Below are positions 1-8,364 of a stretch of DNA of 64,000 nt, in pieces. The stretch's first letter is position 1. Each line of letters opens with the position of its first letter. The position numbers and the translations under genes were made by a program. The notes under the pieces are model-generated. The model saw only the letters and a list, made by a program, of their open reading frames with translations. It was not told where the DNA came from and made no database searches. Source of the DNA: an uncultured Sphingomonadaceae bacterium (GTDB lineage: Bacteria > Pseudomonadota > Alphaproteobacteria > Sphingomonadales > Sphingomonadaceae); contig CAMYJW010000011.1 of assembly GCA_947258815.1 (NCBI GenBank), positions 96,831-160,830 of the forward strand. The letters run 5' to 3'.

Positions 1-486
1 ACGCAGGATCGCAATTTCATCGAGGATACCACCAGCGAATACTGGGATCGGCTGATGGCGATCAACTTGCGCGGTCCTGCCCTGCTGACGCGCGAGGCCG
101 TGCGGATTATGCGCGCGCACAATATAGACGGGCGCATCGTGAATATTGCATCGAACAGCGCGTTCCATGCCAGCGCGCCCAGCCTTTATGCCTATTCCAC
201 CTCCAAGGCAGGGGTTGCCGGGCTAACGCGCGCCGCCGCGTTGGAAGTGGTGAAAGATGGCATCCGGGTCAACGCGGTATGCCCCGGAAACACCACCACC
301 GAAGGCCAGATGAGCGCATCCGGGCCAGACTTTCCGGCAGAGCAGATCGCGCAATTCGCGCCGCCCGTCGGGCGCACCGGAACGCCAGAAGATATCGCCG
401 GCGCAGTCCTGTTCCTGGTTGGCGATATATCATCCTATATGACCGGCCAGACACTGGTGATAGACGGCGGCTGGCTGACTTGCTGA
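1..486 (+). CDS. SDR family oxidoreductase, C-terminal part (5' end lies outside the window)
   Basis: Frame 1 is open from base 1 (TQDRNFIEDTTSEYWDRLMAINLRG...). It has the catalytic YSTSK (YxxxK), NAVCPG and a C-terminal IDGGW, all typical of classical SDRs. Stop TGA at 484-486. Confidence 0.85.
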   Translation, partial: TQDRNFIEDTTSEYWDRLMAINLRGPALLTREAVRIMRAHNIDGRIVNIASNSAFHASAPSLYAYSTSKAGVAGLTRAAALEVVKDGIRVNAVCPGNTTTEGQMSASGPDFPAEQIAQFAPPVGRTGTPEDIAGAVLFLVGDISSYMTGQTLVIDGGWLTC

Positions 487-488
487 GC

Positions 489-2081
489 ATGAACGGGCCT
501 TTCGATTATATTGTTGTCGGCGCGGGATCGTCGGGCTGTGTGCTGGCAAACCGGCTTTCGGAAAATCCCGCACATCGCGTGCTGCTGATCGAATGCGGGC
601 CGGACGATAAAAGCCCGCTGATCCGCATGCCGCGCGGCGTGGGCAAACTGTTGCACCCGACCAATCCTCATGTTTTTGCATATCAGGTCACGCCTGCGGG
701 CAACCAGCCGGCAGAAGTCTGGCTCAAAGGGAAAACCGTTGGCGGCTCCAGCTCGGTCAACGGGATGGTCTATATGCGCGGTGCGCCGCAGGACTATGAC
801 GATTGGGAACAGGCGGGCTGCGCCGGATGGGGCTGGGACAGGATCGGACAGCACTTCGTGGCGCTGGAAGATCATGTGCTTGGCCCGGCCCAATGGCGCG
901 GCACCGGCGGCCCGCTGAAAATCTCGCGCCCCGAACCCGACGGCCCGTTGCCCGATGCGATGCTCGATGCGGCAAGAGAAATGGGTGTGCCAACCGTCCC
1001 CGACGTGAACGCCATCGACGTGGTCGCCGATCAGGGCATGGGCCATCAGGTGACGACGACATGGAAAGGCGAACGCTTTTCCGCCGCGCGCGCCTTTGTC
1101 GATCCGGTCCGCAATCGCCCGAACCTGACGATCCTGACCGGCAAACGCGTCGATCGGGTTCAATTTAAGGGCAAACGTGTTTCGGGCGTCCTTGTAGAGG
1201 GTGAGACAATCGCCTGCCGGGGCGAAGTGATTCTCAGCGCGGGCGCGGTGGAAAGCCCCAAACTGCTGGAACTCTCCGGCATTGGCGACTGTGCGCGCTT
1301 GCAGGCGCTGGGGATCGACACGCTGGCACACAGCCCTCTGGTGGGAGAAAACCTGCGCGAACATCGCCATCTGTCGGTTGACTGGCGCGTTTGCGCGCAC
1401 AGCGCAAACCAGAAATTACAGGGGCTGGGCCTCCTTGGATCGATCCTGCGTTATCTGCTGTTCCGCAAAGGCGCGATGAGCGGCGCCGCGCATGAAGTGG
1501 GCGGATACATCAAGACCGAGCCGACGCTTGACCGGCCGGACGCGCAGGTCGGCTCTATGATGGTCACCATGCAGCAGGACGAAGCAGGCAATCTGACACT
1601 GGACAAGTTCCCCGGCATGCGTCTGATCGGTTATTTTACCCGCCCGCAAAGTCGCGGCTCCACACACATCGCCGCGCCCGATCCTGCAGCGCCGCCGATT
1701 ATCAACGCGAACCATTTCGCAGAGGAAGTGGACCGGCAAAGAACCCTTGCCCTGTTCAAATGGATCCGCCGGTTCGGACAACAGCCCGCGCTGGCCCCAT
1801 GGATTGTCGAGGAAACCGGGTTCGCGGCCGGTGTCCGTTCGGACGAGGAAATTCTCGCGAATCTGGTAAAGCTGAGCGGCACCGCGTTTCACATCGCCGG
1901 AACCGCAGCGATGGGTGCAAGCGCGCACGATGTGCTCGATCCGCAATTGCGTGTGCGCGGCGTTGAAGGTTTGCGCGTGTGCGATACCTCTATCATGCCG
2001 TCGCTTGTTTCAGCGAACACCAACGCGCCCGCGATGGCCATGGCCATGAACGCGGCTGACATGATCCAGGGTAAGGACTGA
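489..2081 (+). CDS. GMC family FAD-dependent oxidoreductase (choline/alcohol dehydrogenase-like)
   Basis: N-terminal FDYIVVGAGSSGCVLANRLSE FAD fold starts at ATG 489, directly after the SDR stop. The ~530 aa length and the C-terminal HIAGTAAMG...VCDTSIMP are typical of GMC enzymes. The listed ORF start at 279 overlaps the upstream gene in another frame and is Arg-rich junk. Confidence 0.85.
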   Translation: MNGPFDYIVVGAGSSGCVLANRLSENPAHRVLLIECGPDDKSPLIRMPRGVGKLLHPTNPHVFAYQVTPAGNQPAEVWLKGKTVGGSSSVNGMVYMRGAPQDYDDWEQAGCAGWGWDRIGQHFVALEDHVLGPAQWRGTGGPLKISRPEPDGPLPDAMLDAAREMGVPTVPDVNAIDVVADQGMGHQVTTTWKGERFSAARAFVDPVRNRPNLTILTGKRVDRVQFKGKRVSGVLVEGETIACRGEVILSAGAVESPKLLELSGIGDCARLQALGIDTLAHSPLVGENLREHRHLSVDWRVCAHSANQKLQGLGLLGSILRYLLFRKGAMSGAAHEVGGYIKTEPTLDRPDAQVGSMMVTMQQDEAGNLTLDKFPGMRLIGYFTRPQSRGSTHIAAPDPAAPPIINANHFAEEVDRQRTLALFKWIRRFGQQPALAPWIVEETGFAAGVRSDEEILANLVKLSGTAFHIAGTAAMGASAHDVLDPQLRVRGVEGLRVCDTSIMPSLVSANTNAPAMAMAMNAADMIQGKD

Positions 2082-2086
2082 ATTTC

Positions 2087-3577
2087 ATGACGATCGCTTT
2101 TACGCATCTTGACCGGATCTATATTGATGGCGCGTGGCATGCGCCGGGCGGCGGAAGCGATCCGGTGATCAATCCGGCCACCGAAGCCACATTTGCACAC
2201 GCGCCTGTCGCCAATGTCGATCAGGTGGACACCGCAATTGCCGCCGCGCGCGAAGCCTTCGACAATGGCCCGTGGCCACGCATGAGCATGAACGAACGCG
2301 CCGACGTGATGGCCGATATGGCCCGCGCGCTGAGAGCGCGGCAAAGCCAGATTGCAGAACTGATCATTGCCGAAGTCGGCTGCGCGCAGCCGATCACACA
2401 CGGCATGCAGGTTGATAATCCGATCCGCCTTCTGGAAGCGGCAATTGGCCATGCCCGGCGGGATGAGCCGGAGCGGCTGCCGATCACGATAACGCCAAAT
2501 GCCTTCGCGCCGGACGGGCCGCAAGCCATCGGAGGGACCACCGTGGTGCGCGAACCGTTTGGCGTCGTCAGCGCGATCACCGGCTATAATTTCCCGTTTC
2601 TGCTGAACCTTGCCAAAATCGGCCCTGCCCTGCTGGCCGGCTGCACGATGGTGCTCAAACCTTCGCCGTTCACGCCGTTTTCGGCGCTGCTGTTTGGCGA
2701 AATTGCCGAGGAAATCGGCCTGCCCAAAGGCGTTCTCAACATCGTTACCGGCGGCATCGAAGAAGGCCAGTTGCTGTGCACGGATGAACGCGTGGACATG
2801 ATCACTTTCACTGGATCGGAAACTGTCGGCGCGTCAATAATGGCGCAGGCCGCACCCACGCTGAAGAAAGTCCATCTCGAACTGGGCGGAAAATCGGCGA
2901 TGATCGTGCGCGAAGATGCCGATGTGCAGCGTGCGGCGGGCATGGCGGCGATGATGCTTTCGGTCAACGCCGGTCAGGGCTGCGCAATCCCTACGCGCCA
3001 CCTTGTCCATAACAGCTTGCGCCCGGCATTTGCCGCAACCGTTGCCGCGATTGCCGGGCAGCTCAAAATCGGCGATCCGGCAGACCCTTCGGTTGCGATG
3101 GGGCCGCTGATCCGTGAAAGCCAGCGCGCCAAGGTCGAACACTATATAAAGCTGGGCCACGATGCCGGCGCCACGTTGCTGTGCGGCGGGAAACGGCCAG
3201 ACGGGCTGGACAAGGGATACTTCACCGAACTGACGTTCTTCGACGATGTTACCAACGATATGCAGATCGCCCAGGACGAAATTTTCGGCCCCGTCGGGTG
3301 CATCATCGGCTTTGACACCGACGAAGAGGCGATCCGGATTGCCAACGATTCGCGCTATGGCCTGAACGGCGCGGTGGAAACCGCAGACGCTGCCAAAGGC
3401 TATGAAATGGCGTTGCAGATTCGCGCGGGCAGTGTGGCGCTTAATGGCGGCACCGGCATGATGAGCGATGCACCGATCGGCGGCTACAAACGCTCTGGCA
3501 TCGGGCGCGAATATGGGCCGCATTGGATTCGCGAATATCAACACGAGAAATCGGTTTTTTACCCGATCGGCAAATGA
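2087..3577 (+). CDS. NAD(P)-dependent aldehyde dehydrogenase
   Basis: 496 aa. ALDH motifs are HLELGGKSA (catalytic Glu region) and NAGQGCAIPTR (catalytic Cys). It starts 5 nt after the GMC stop. Confidence 0.9.
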   Translation: MTIAFTHLDRIYIDGAWHAPGGGSDPVINPATEATFAHAPVANVDQVDTAIAAAREAFDNGPWPRMSMNERADVMADMARALRARQSQIAELIIAEVGCAQPITHGMQVDNPIRLLEAAIGHARRDEPERLPITITPNAFAPDGPQAIGGTTVVREPFGVVSAITGYNFPFLLNLAKIGPALLAGCTMVLKPSPFTPFSALLFGEIAEEIGLPKGVLNIVTGGIEEGQLLCTDERVDMITFTGSETVGASIMAQAAPTLKKVHLELGGKSAMIVREDADVQRAAGMAAMMLSVNAGQGCAIPTRHLVHNSLRPAFAATVAAIAGQLKIGDPADPSVAMGPLIRESQRAKVEHYIKLGHDAGATLLCGGKRPDGLDKGYFTELTFFDDVTNDMQIAQDEIFGPVGCIIGFDTDEEAIRIANDSRYGLNGAVETADAAKGYEMALQIRAGSVALNGGTGMMSDAPIGGYKRSGIGREYGPHWIREYQHEKSVFYPIGK

Positions 3578-3603
3578 TAAACGCCAACGCTTGAGGAGAT
3601 GAG

Positions 3604-3906
3604 ATGATGGGCAATACCGTAACCGTAACACTGGAACTGGCGCTGAAACCCGAAGCGGTGGAAGATTTCTGCACGCAGATCCCCGAAGTGCTCAAGGAAA
3701 CGCGCAAGTTTCCCGGTTTCGTCGATATTGCCGTTCACCGCCATGCGGACGATCCGAACCGGGTGATCCTTGTCGAAGAATGGGAAACACGCGCCGCTTA
3801 CGAAGCCTATATCGCGTTTCGCACTGAAACCGGGTTCATGGATGCGCTGGCCGAAACCATCACCGAACCGCCGCGCCTCAATTACTGGGATGCCCGCGTC
3901 GCCTGA
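3604..3906 (+). CDS. Antibiotic-biosynthesis-monooxygenase (ABM) domain protein
   Basis: 100 aa ferredoxin-like alpha+beta protein (VTLELALKPE...ILVEEWETRAAYEAYIAF). RBS GAGGAG lies upstream. Confidence 0.7.
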   Translation: MMGNTVTVTLELALKPEAVEDFCTQIPEVLKETRKFPGFVDIAVHRHADDPNRVILVEEWETRAAYEAYIAFRTETGFMDALAETITEPPRLNYWDARVA

Positions 3907-3953
3907 GGCGCACTTCAAAACTCTTCAGGATCAACAGGATCGGCCCGATCGGG

Positions 3954-4985
3954 TTACAGCGCGTGGACAGCAGGCAAAACCTGCGCCGCGAAGCAATCCA
4001 TCGCGGCTTCGCGCTGATGTGGATCGCCAACGCCCCACGCCAGATCGACCACGCCCACGCCGCAATCGCGCAAGGTCTCAAACCGGCCTTTAAGCGTTTC
4101 TGGGCCACCAACGAAATACGGCTCGGTGATCATCGGCACCACCGGCGGCCCACCCATCGTATCCTGCTTGATCTGCGCCTGCTCTGCCGCGCGTTTGCCG
4201 AAATAGGCGCCCATATCTTCTTGCGCACGCGCGTCGCTGTCGGCTGCATAGGCAATACCGCGATAGATGACGTGTTCCGGGCCGGGCTGCCAGCCCTGTT
4301 TTTCCGCTTCGCGATGGAACAGCGCCACCCAGTCACGCACCGTATCGACCGGCGCAAACGAAAACGCGATGCCCATCTTGCGCTCAGCTGCAAACCGCAC
4401 TGATTCCTCGCTGTTGCCCGAGCCATAGATCGGCGGATGCGGGGTTTGCAGCGATTTGGGCCACACGGACACGGTTTCGAAATCATACTGATCGCCAGAC
4501 CACGCGAAACTGCGATCCTGGGTCCACGCCTTGCGGATCAGATCGATCCCTTCTTGTGTCATCGCGCGCGTTGCATCGGCATCGGTGCCATAAGTGCGAT
4601 GTTCATTGGGCGTGCCGCGCAGGAACAGCACAACCAGCCTGCCGCCCGACATGACATCGATCATCGCCAGCTCTTCGGCCAGACGCACCGGATTGGTGAG
4701 CGGCACCAGTGGCCCGAGCAACGCAATTTTCGCGCGGCTGGTCACCTGGCTGAGCGCGCCCGCCATCACCGCGGGATTGGGCGTCATGATATAAGGGGCA
4801 TAGTGGTGTTCAGACAGGCTGACCCAGTCAAACCCCAGCGCATCAGCCTTTTTCGCCATGGCGATGCTGTGATCGAACGAAGCCTTTGCCGTATCGCGAT
4901 CGCAAAATACCGGGTCCGCCGGCCAGATTTCGATACCCGGCGCGGGCCCGTCATAGCCGGTCATGCACAAGCTCGATACAAGCAT
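3954..4985 (-). CDS. LLM-class (luciferase-like) flavin-dependent oxidoreductase/monooxygenase
   Basis: Luciferase-like TIM barrel pattern (FDWVSLSEHHYAPY...GGRLVVLFLRGT...). AAGGAG RBS (4992-4997, minus strand) lies 6 nt upstream of the ATG at 4985. An ATG at 4991 is the alternative start. The listed start at 5060 is an unlikely extension. Confidence 0.8.
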   Translation of the reverse strand: MLVSSLCMTGYDGPAPGIEIWPADPVFCDRDTAKASFDHSIAMAKKADALGFDWVSLSEHHYAPYIMTPNPAVMAGALSQVTSRAKIALLGPLVPLTNPVRLAEELAMIDVMSGGRLVVLFLRGTPNEHRTYGTDADATRAMTQEGIDLIRKAWTQDRSFAWSGDQYDFETVSVWPKSLQTPHPPIYGSGNSEESVRFAAERKMGIAFSFAPVDTVRDWVALFHREAEKQGWQPGPEHVIYRGIAYAADSDARAQEDMGAYFGKRAAEQAQIKQDTMGGPPVVPMITEPYFVGGPETLKGRFETLRDCGVGVVDLAWGVGDPHQREAAMDCFAAQVLPAVHAL

Positions 4986-5098
4986 CGTCATCTCCTTCTT
5001 GCGTGTGCGATGCAACGCGCCGACTTCGCCCGCCCCTACCCGAAGAAGGGCCAGCCACATTGCAAAACCGGTAGTCTGGGTGGCGGAGAGAAAATGCC

Positions 5099-5527
5099 AT
5101 GAACCAGATCAGCCACCCCGGAACCGGGCTGAGCGCGCAGGACGAGCGCGCGATCCACGCCGTTTTGATCGCTTATGCAACAGGCATCGATCAGCGCGAC
5201 TGGTCGTTGTTTCGAAACTGTTTCACCAACGATTGCCTCTGCGAATACGGAGATTTCGGAACATGGCACGGCGCCGCCGAGATCACCGCTTTCATGAAAG
5301 AGGCACATGCCGGGCTTGGTGCAACCATGCATCGGATCACCAACATCGTCATCCGCACTGCGGGCGAAGCGGTCCATGCGCGCAGTTATGTCGATGCTTT
5401 GCTTTGCCCTCAGAATGAAGGCGGCCCCATTCATCGCGGGATCGGAATTTACGAAGATCGGTTGCTGCGCACCGGCAAAGGCTGGCAGATCGCGCAGCGC
5501 AAATTTGAAGCAGTTTTGATAGAGTAA
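5099..5527 (+). CDS. SnoaL-like / NTF2-fold protein
   Basis: 142 aa with the typical NTF2/SnoaL-like cone pattern (AIHAVLIAYATGIDQRDWSLFRNCFTNDC...). Confidence 0.7.
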   Translation: MNQISHPGTGLSAQDERAIHAVLIAYATGIDQRDWSLFRNCFTNDCLCEYGDFGTWHGAAEITAFMKEAHAGLGATMHRITNIVIRTAGEAVHARSYVDALLCPQNEGGPIHRGIGIYEDRLLRTGKGWQIAQRKFEAVLIE

Positions 5528-5538
5528 CGGGAGTAATC

Positions 5539-6261
5539 ATGAGCCTTTCGGGAAAAACAGCAATTGTCACCGGCGCATCGGCGGGAATCGGCGAAGCAAC
5601 AGCAAGGCGGCTTGCTGGCGCAGGCGCAACCGTGATGCTGGTTGCACGGCGCGAAGATCGGCTGAAAGCTCTGGCCGCCGAAATCGGTGGTGGCACACAG
5701 GTTCTGGCGCTTGATCTGTCTGAAACCGAAGCTCCGCAGGCGCTGCTCGATGCCGCAACCGAGCAATTGGGCAAGGTCGACATTCTGATCAACAACGCCG
5801 GCATCTTGCGCACCAGCCATTTCGCCGATTTCGATCTCGCAGAACTTGAGCCGATGATCGCGCTCAATTATTCCGCCGTCGTGCGTTCAAGCATCCTGTT
5901 TGCGCGCCACATGAAAGCAAATGACAGTGGCCAGATAATCAACCTGTCCAGCATCGGCGCGGGCCTTACCGCTGCAACCAGCGGCGTTTACGGTGGCCTG
6001 AAAGCGGCACTTGAGCGTTTCACCGATGTTTTACGGATTGAACTGGCCGGCAGCGGCGTGCGCGTTGGCATTATCGCGCCGGGCACCACCGGCACCGAGA
6101 TTTTCGACGACATGAAATCCCGAGGCGAACCGGGCTGGGACGAATTTACGCCACCGATGCAGCCGGATGATATCGCCCGCGCAATTCAGTTCATGTGCGA
6201 ACAGGAAGGCAATGCAAACGCCGCGCGCATGCACATTTATTCAACCTCCGAAGGGTTCTGA
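5539..6261 (+). CDS. SDR family oxidoreductase
   Basis: TGASAGIG cofactor motif, NNAG, and catalytic YGGLK (YxxxK). 240 aa. Confidence 0.9.
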   Translation: MSLSGKTAIVTGASAGIGEATARRLAGAGATVMLVARREDRLKALAAEIGGGTQVLALDLSETEAPQALLDAATEQLGKVDILINNAGILRTSHFADFDLAELEPMIALNYSAVVRSSILFARHMKANDSGQIINLSSIGAGLTAATSGVYGGLKAALERFTDVLRIELAGSGVRVGIIAPGTTGTEIFDDMKSRGEPGWDEFTPPMQPDDIARAIQFMCEQEGNANAARMHIYSTSEGF

Positions 6262-7407
6262 TCAGTCCAGCCTGCCATAGGCGGTCATATCGAAGGGATG
6301 GAAAGGTTCGCCGTTGCGGACTTTTCCGATCCAGTCCGCATCCATCAGCACGGCCCGTCCGATGGCGGCAAAATCAAATTCGCCAGCATCGAAGCGGCGC
6401 GCGACTTCTTCGAGGTTATCGACCGCTTCGGTTTTCTGGGTGAAGGAATCGGCCAGATCCTTGTCAAAACCGATACCGCCCACGGTCATCGTCGGCTTGC
6501 CGGAAAGTTTGCGGATCCAGCCTGAAAGGCCCATGTCCGAACCATCAAAGGCGGGCGCATCGAAGTGGCGTGTGGAAACGTCGAATATATCGACTCCGGC
6601 ATCGACCAGCGCACCAACAACGATTTCCAGCTCTTCCGGCGTCTGCCCAAGTTTCGCGCTGTAATCCTGCAACTTCCACTGCGAAATGCGGTAAATCACC
6701 GGCTTGTCCGCCGGGATTTCCGCACGCACCGCGCGGACAACCTCGCTGGCAAGCCGCGTGCGTTTAAGAATGCTGCCGCCCCAATCGTCTTCGCGCCGGT
6801 TGGTACCTTCCCACAAGAAGCTGTCCAGCAGATAGCCATGCGCGCCATGCAGCGCGATCGCATCAAAACCCAGCGCATGGGCATGGGCCGCACTACGCCC
6901 GAATGCGGCGATCACATCCAGAATGTCCGCGTCGGTCATCGGCTCAGTCGGCGCGCTAACTTTTGCAAGGTAATCGGGCGGGACCATCGCTTTTTCGGTC
7001 GGCCCCCAGATGCCGGACGGACGCAGCGAAGGCGCATCGGGCGACGGGCCGGTTCCGGCAATACGGATCGGCCCCATATGCCACAGCTGGGGCGCAATCT
7101 TGCCACCCGCGGCGTGCACCGCATCAACCACTTTTTTCCACCCGGCCAGCGCGGCTTCGCCATGCATCACGGGTATGGCAACACCGCCCGTTGTGCCATC
7201 GCCAACGGCTGCGGGATGATCGGGGCCAACGCCTTCGGTGATGATCAGGCCCATATGTGCGCGCCGCGCATAATACGCCGCGACATCCTCGCCGGGAATG
7301 CCACCGGGGCTGAAATTGCGGGTCATCGGCGACATGACGAACCGATTTGCGACGCTCAGCGAGCCGCATGTAAATGGGGTGAAAAGCGGTTCAAGTTCGC
7401 TGCGCAT
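6262..7407 (-). CDS. NADH:flavin oxidoreductase, Old Yellow Enzyme family
   Basis: 381 aa. N-terminal FTPFTCGSLSVANRFVMSPMTR and internal GFDAIALHGAHGYLLDSFL are OYE-family signatures. Its stop abuts the stop of the convergent SDR. Confidence 0.85.
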   Translation of the reverse strand: MRSELEPLFTPFTCGSLSVANRFVMSPMTRNFSPGGIPGEDVAAYYARRAHMGLIITEGVGPDHPAAVGDGTTGGVAIPVMHGEAALAGWKKVVDAVHAAGGKIAPQLWHMGPIRIAGTGPSPDAPSLRPSGIWGPTEKAMVPPDYLAKVSAPTEPMTDADILDVIAAFGRSAAHAHALGFDAIALHGAHGYLLDSFLWEGTNRREDDWGGSILKRTRLASEVVRAVRAEIPADKPVIYRISQWKLQDYSAKLGQTPEELEIVVGALVDAGVDIFDVSTRHFDAPAFDGSDMGLSGWIRKLSGKPTMTVGGIGFDKDLADSFTQKTEAVDNLEEVARRFDAGEFDFAAIGRAVLMDADWIGKVRNGEPFHPFDMTAYGRLD

Positions 7408-7504
7408 CGAGTCCCTCCGTCTGGTGGCCTGCGCTTTAAACCGGCGGCGCGAAAAGCGAACCTTTCAGCGGGTAGGTCTGGCCAGCCAGTTTCAACCGTC
7501 AGGC

Positions 7505-7526
7505 GCGATTGATCTGCGTCAATCGC
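7505..7526. promoter_or_regulatory. Perfect inverted repeat GCGATTGA-N6-TCAATCGC in a divergent promoter region (candidate operator)
   Basis: Read directly: gcgattga tctgcg tcaatcgc. It lies between the OYE gene start (7407, minus) and the globin-like gene start (7579, plus). Confidence 0.35.
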
Positions 7527-7578
7527 AAGTCGCCCGCGCGCGTGAATAACGTGCAGCGCGAACGCGAAAGGACAGAAC

Positions 7579-7992
7579 ATGGCGCAGACCGCAGCCGACA
7601 CCGCAGACATTCTTGAACAGGCGCTGATGGCGGTTGCCGAAGCGGACGAGGATATCACCCCGCATTTCTTCAGGCGCCTGTTTGAAAGGCACCCCGAACA
7701 GCAGGCGTCATTCTATCACCCGACCGTTACCTGCGGAACGATGGTCAACGAAATGATCGAATTGCTGATGGCGCTTGGCGCGGAAGAACGGTGGGTGGAG
7801 AATTCCACGCAAAGCCTGGTTATGGCGCACCGCTGTTATGGCGATATTGCCTTGCCGCTTTACGGCGAATCGCTTGACCTGCTGATCGACACATTCGCCG
7901 ATCTCGCCGGGAACCGCTGGACTCCCGAATTTGACAGCGCCTGGCGCAATGTGGCCCGGCGCTTCAAGACGATCATAGAACAGGCTTACTGA
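7579..7992 (+). CDS. Globin-like (single-domain, sensor/protoglobin-like) protein
   Basis: 137 aa all-helical protein. HFFRRLFERHPEQQASF resembles the globin B/C-helix pattern. MAHRCYGDIALPLYGESLDLLIDTF resembles the proximal-His F/G-helix pattern. The family call is by eye only. Confidence 0.55.
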   Translation: MAQTAADTADILEQALMAVAEADEDITPHFFRRLFERHPEQQASFYHPTVTCGTMVNEMIELLMALGAEERWVENSTQSLVMAHRCYGDIALPLYGESLDLLIDTFADLAGNRWTPEFDSAWRNVARRFKTIIEQAY

Positions 7993-7999
7993 TCGACCC

Positions 8000-8031
8000 G
8001 GCGCACCTCATCCGGTTGCGAGGGGTGCGCC
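8000..8031. terminator. GC-rich hairpin between convergent genes (putative bidirectional terminator)
   Basis: ggcgcacc (8000-8007) pairs with ggtgcgcc (8024-8031). It sits between the globin-like stop (7992) and the ferredoxin stop (8042). Confidence 0.5.
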
Positions 8032-8041
8032 GAAACACCGA

Positions 8042-8254
8042 TCAGGCCGGGACAACCTTCAAGGCCGCCTGCGGACACGCATCCGCGCCTTCGCGGGCGG
8101 CGGCTTCGAACCCTTCGGGCACGATTTCATCGTCAACATAGACGATCCCGTTCTCATCCAGCTTGTACACTTCAGGGCAGATTTCCGCGCAAACGCCATA
8201 GCCGCAGCACGCCGGTTTGTTGATTTCAACCTTCAGCTTACCCTCACCCGACAT
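8042..8254 (-). CDS. Small single-cluster ferredoxin, probably [3Fe-4S]
   Basis: 70 aa from MSGEGKLKVEIN.... Cluster motif C-x2-Y-x2-C-x3-CP plus a distal CP (CCGYGVCAEICP...DACP), with Tyr at the second ligand position. AAGGAG RBS (8261-8266, minus strand) lies 6 nt upstream of the ATG at 8254. The listed start at 8314 is an extension. Confidence 0.8.
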   Translation of the reverse strand: MSGEGKLKVEINKPACCGYGVCAEICPEVYKLDENGIVYVDDEIVPEGFEAAAREGADACPQAALKVVPA

Positions 8255-8295
8255 CAGATTCTCCTTCTTCGATTCAATAATTGTGCACTTACATG

Positions 8296-8324
8296 TTGAA
8301 CATATATCATTCAATATGTATAAC
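8296..8324 (+). promoter_or_regulatory. Sigma70-like promoter TTGAAC-N17-TATAAC overlapped by inverted repeat ACATAT-N8-ATATGT (8300-8319)
   Basis: Read directly in the AT-rich 110-bp divergent region between the ferredoxin and Rieske alpha genes. The -10 lies about 40 nt upstream of the ATG at 8365. Confidence 0.4.
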
Positions 8325-8364
8325 GAGAATCAATCGTAAAAAATATATCGGAGAAGAGGCTGTC

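Noticed and set aside
279-488. N-terminal extensions of listed ORFs. Examples are 279-488 for the GMC gene, 11879-12337 for TetR, 17413-17712 for the P450 and 10261-10362 for the reductase.
   Set aside because: The extensions overlap the preceding genes in another frame, are Arg/Pro-rich, and precede an internal start that matches the family N-terminus and has an RBS.
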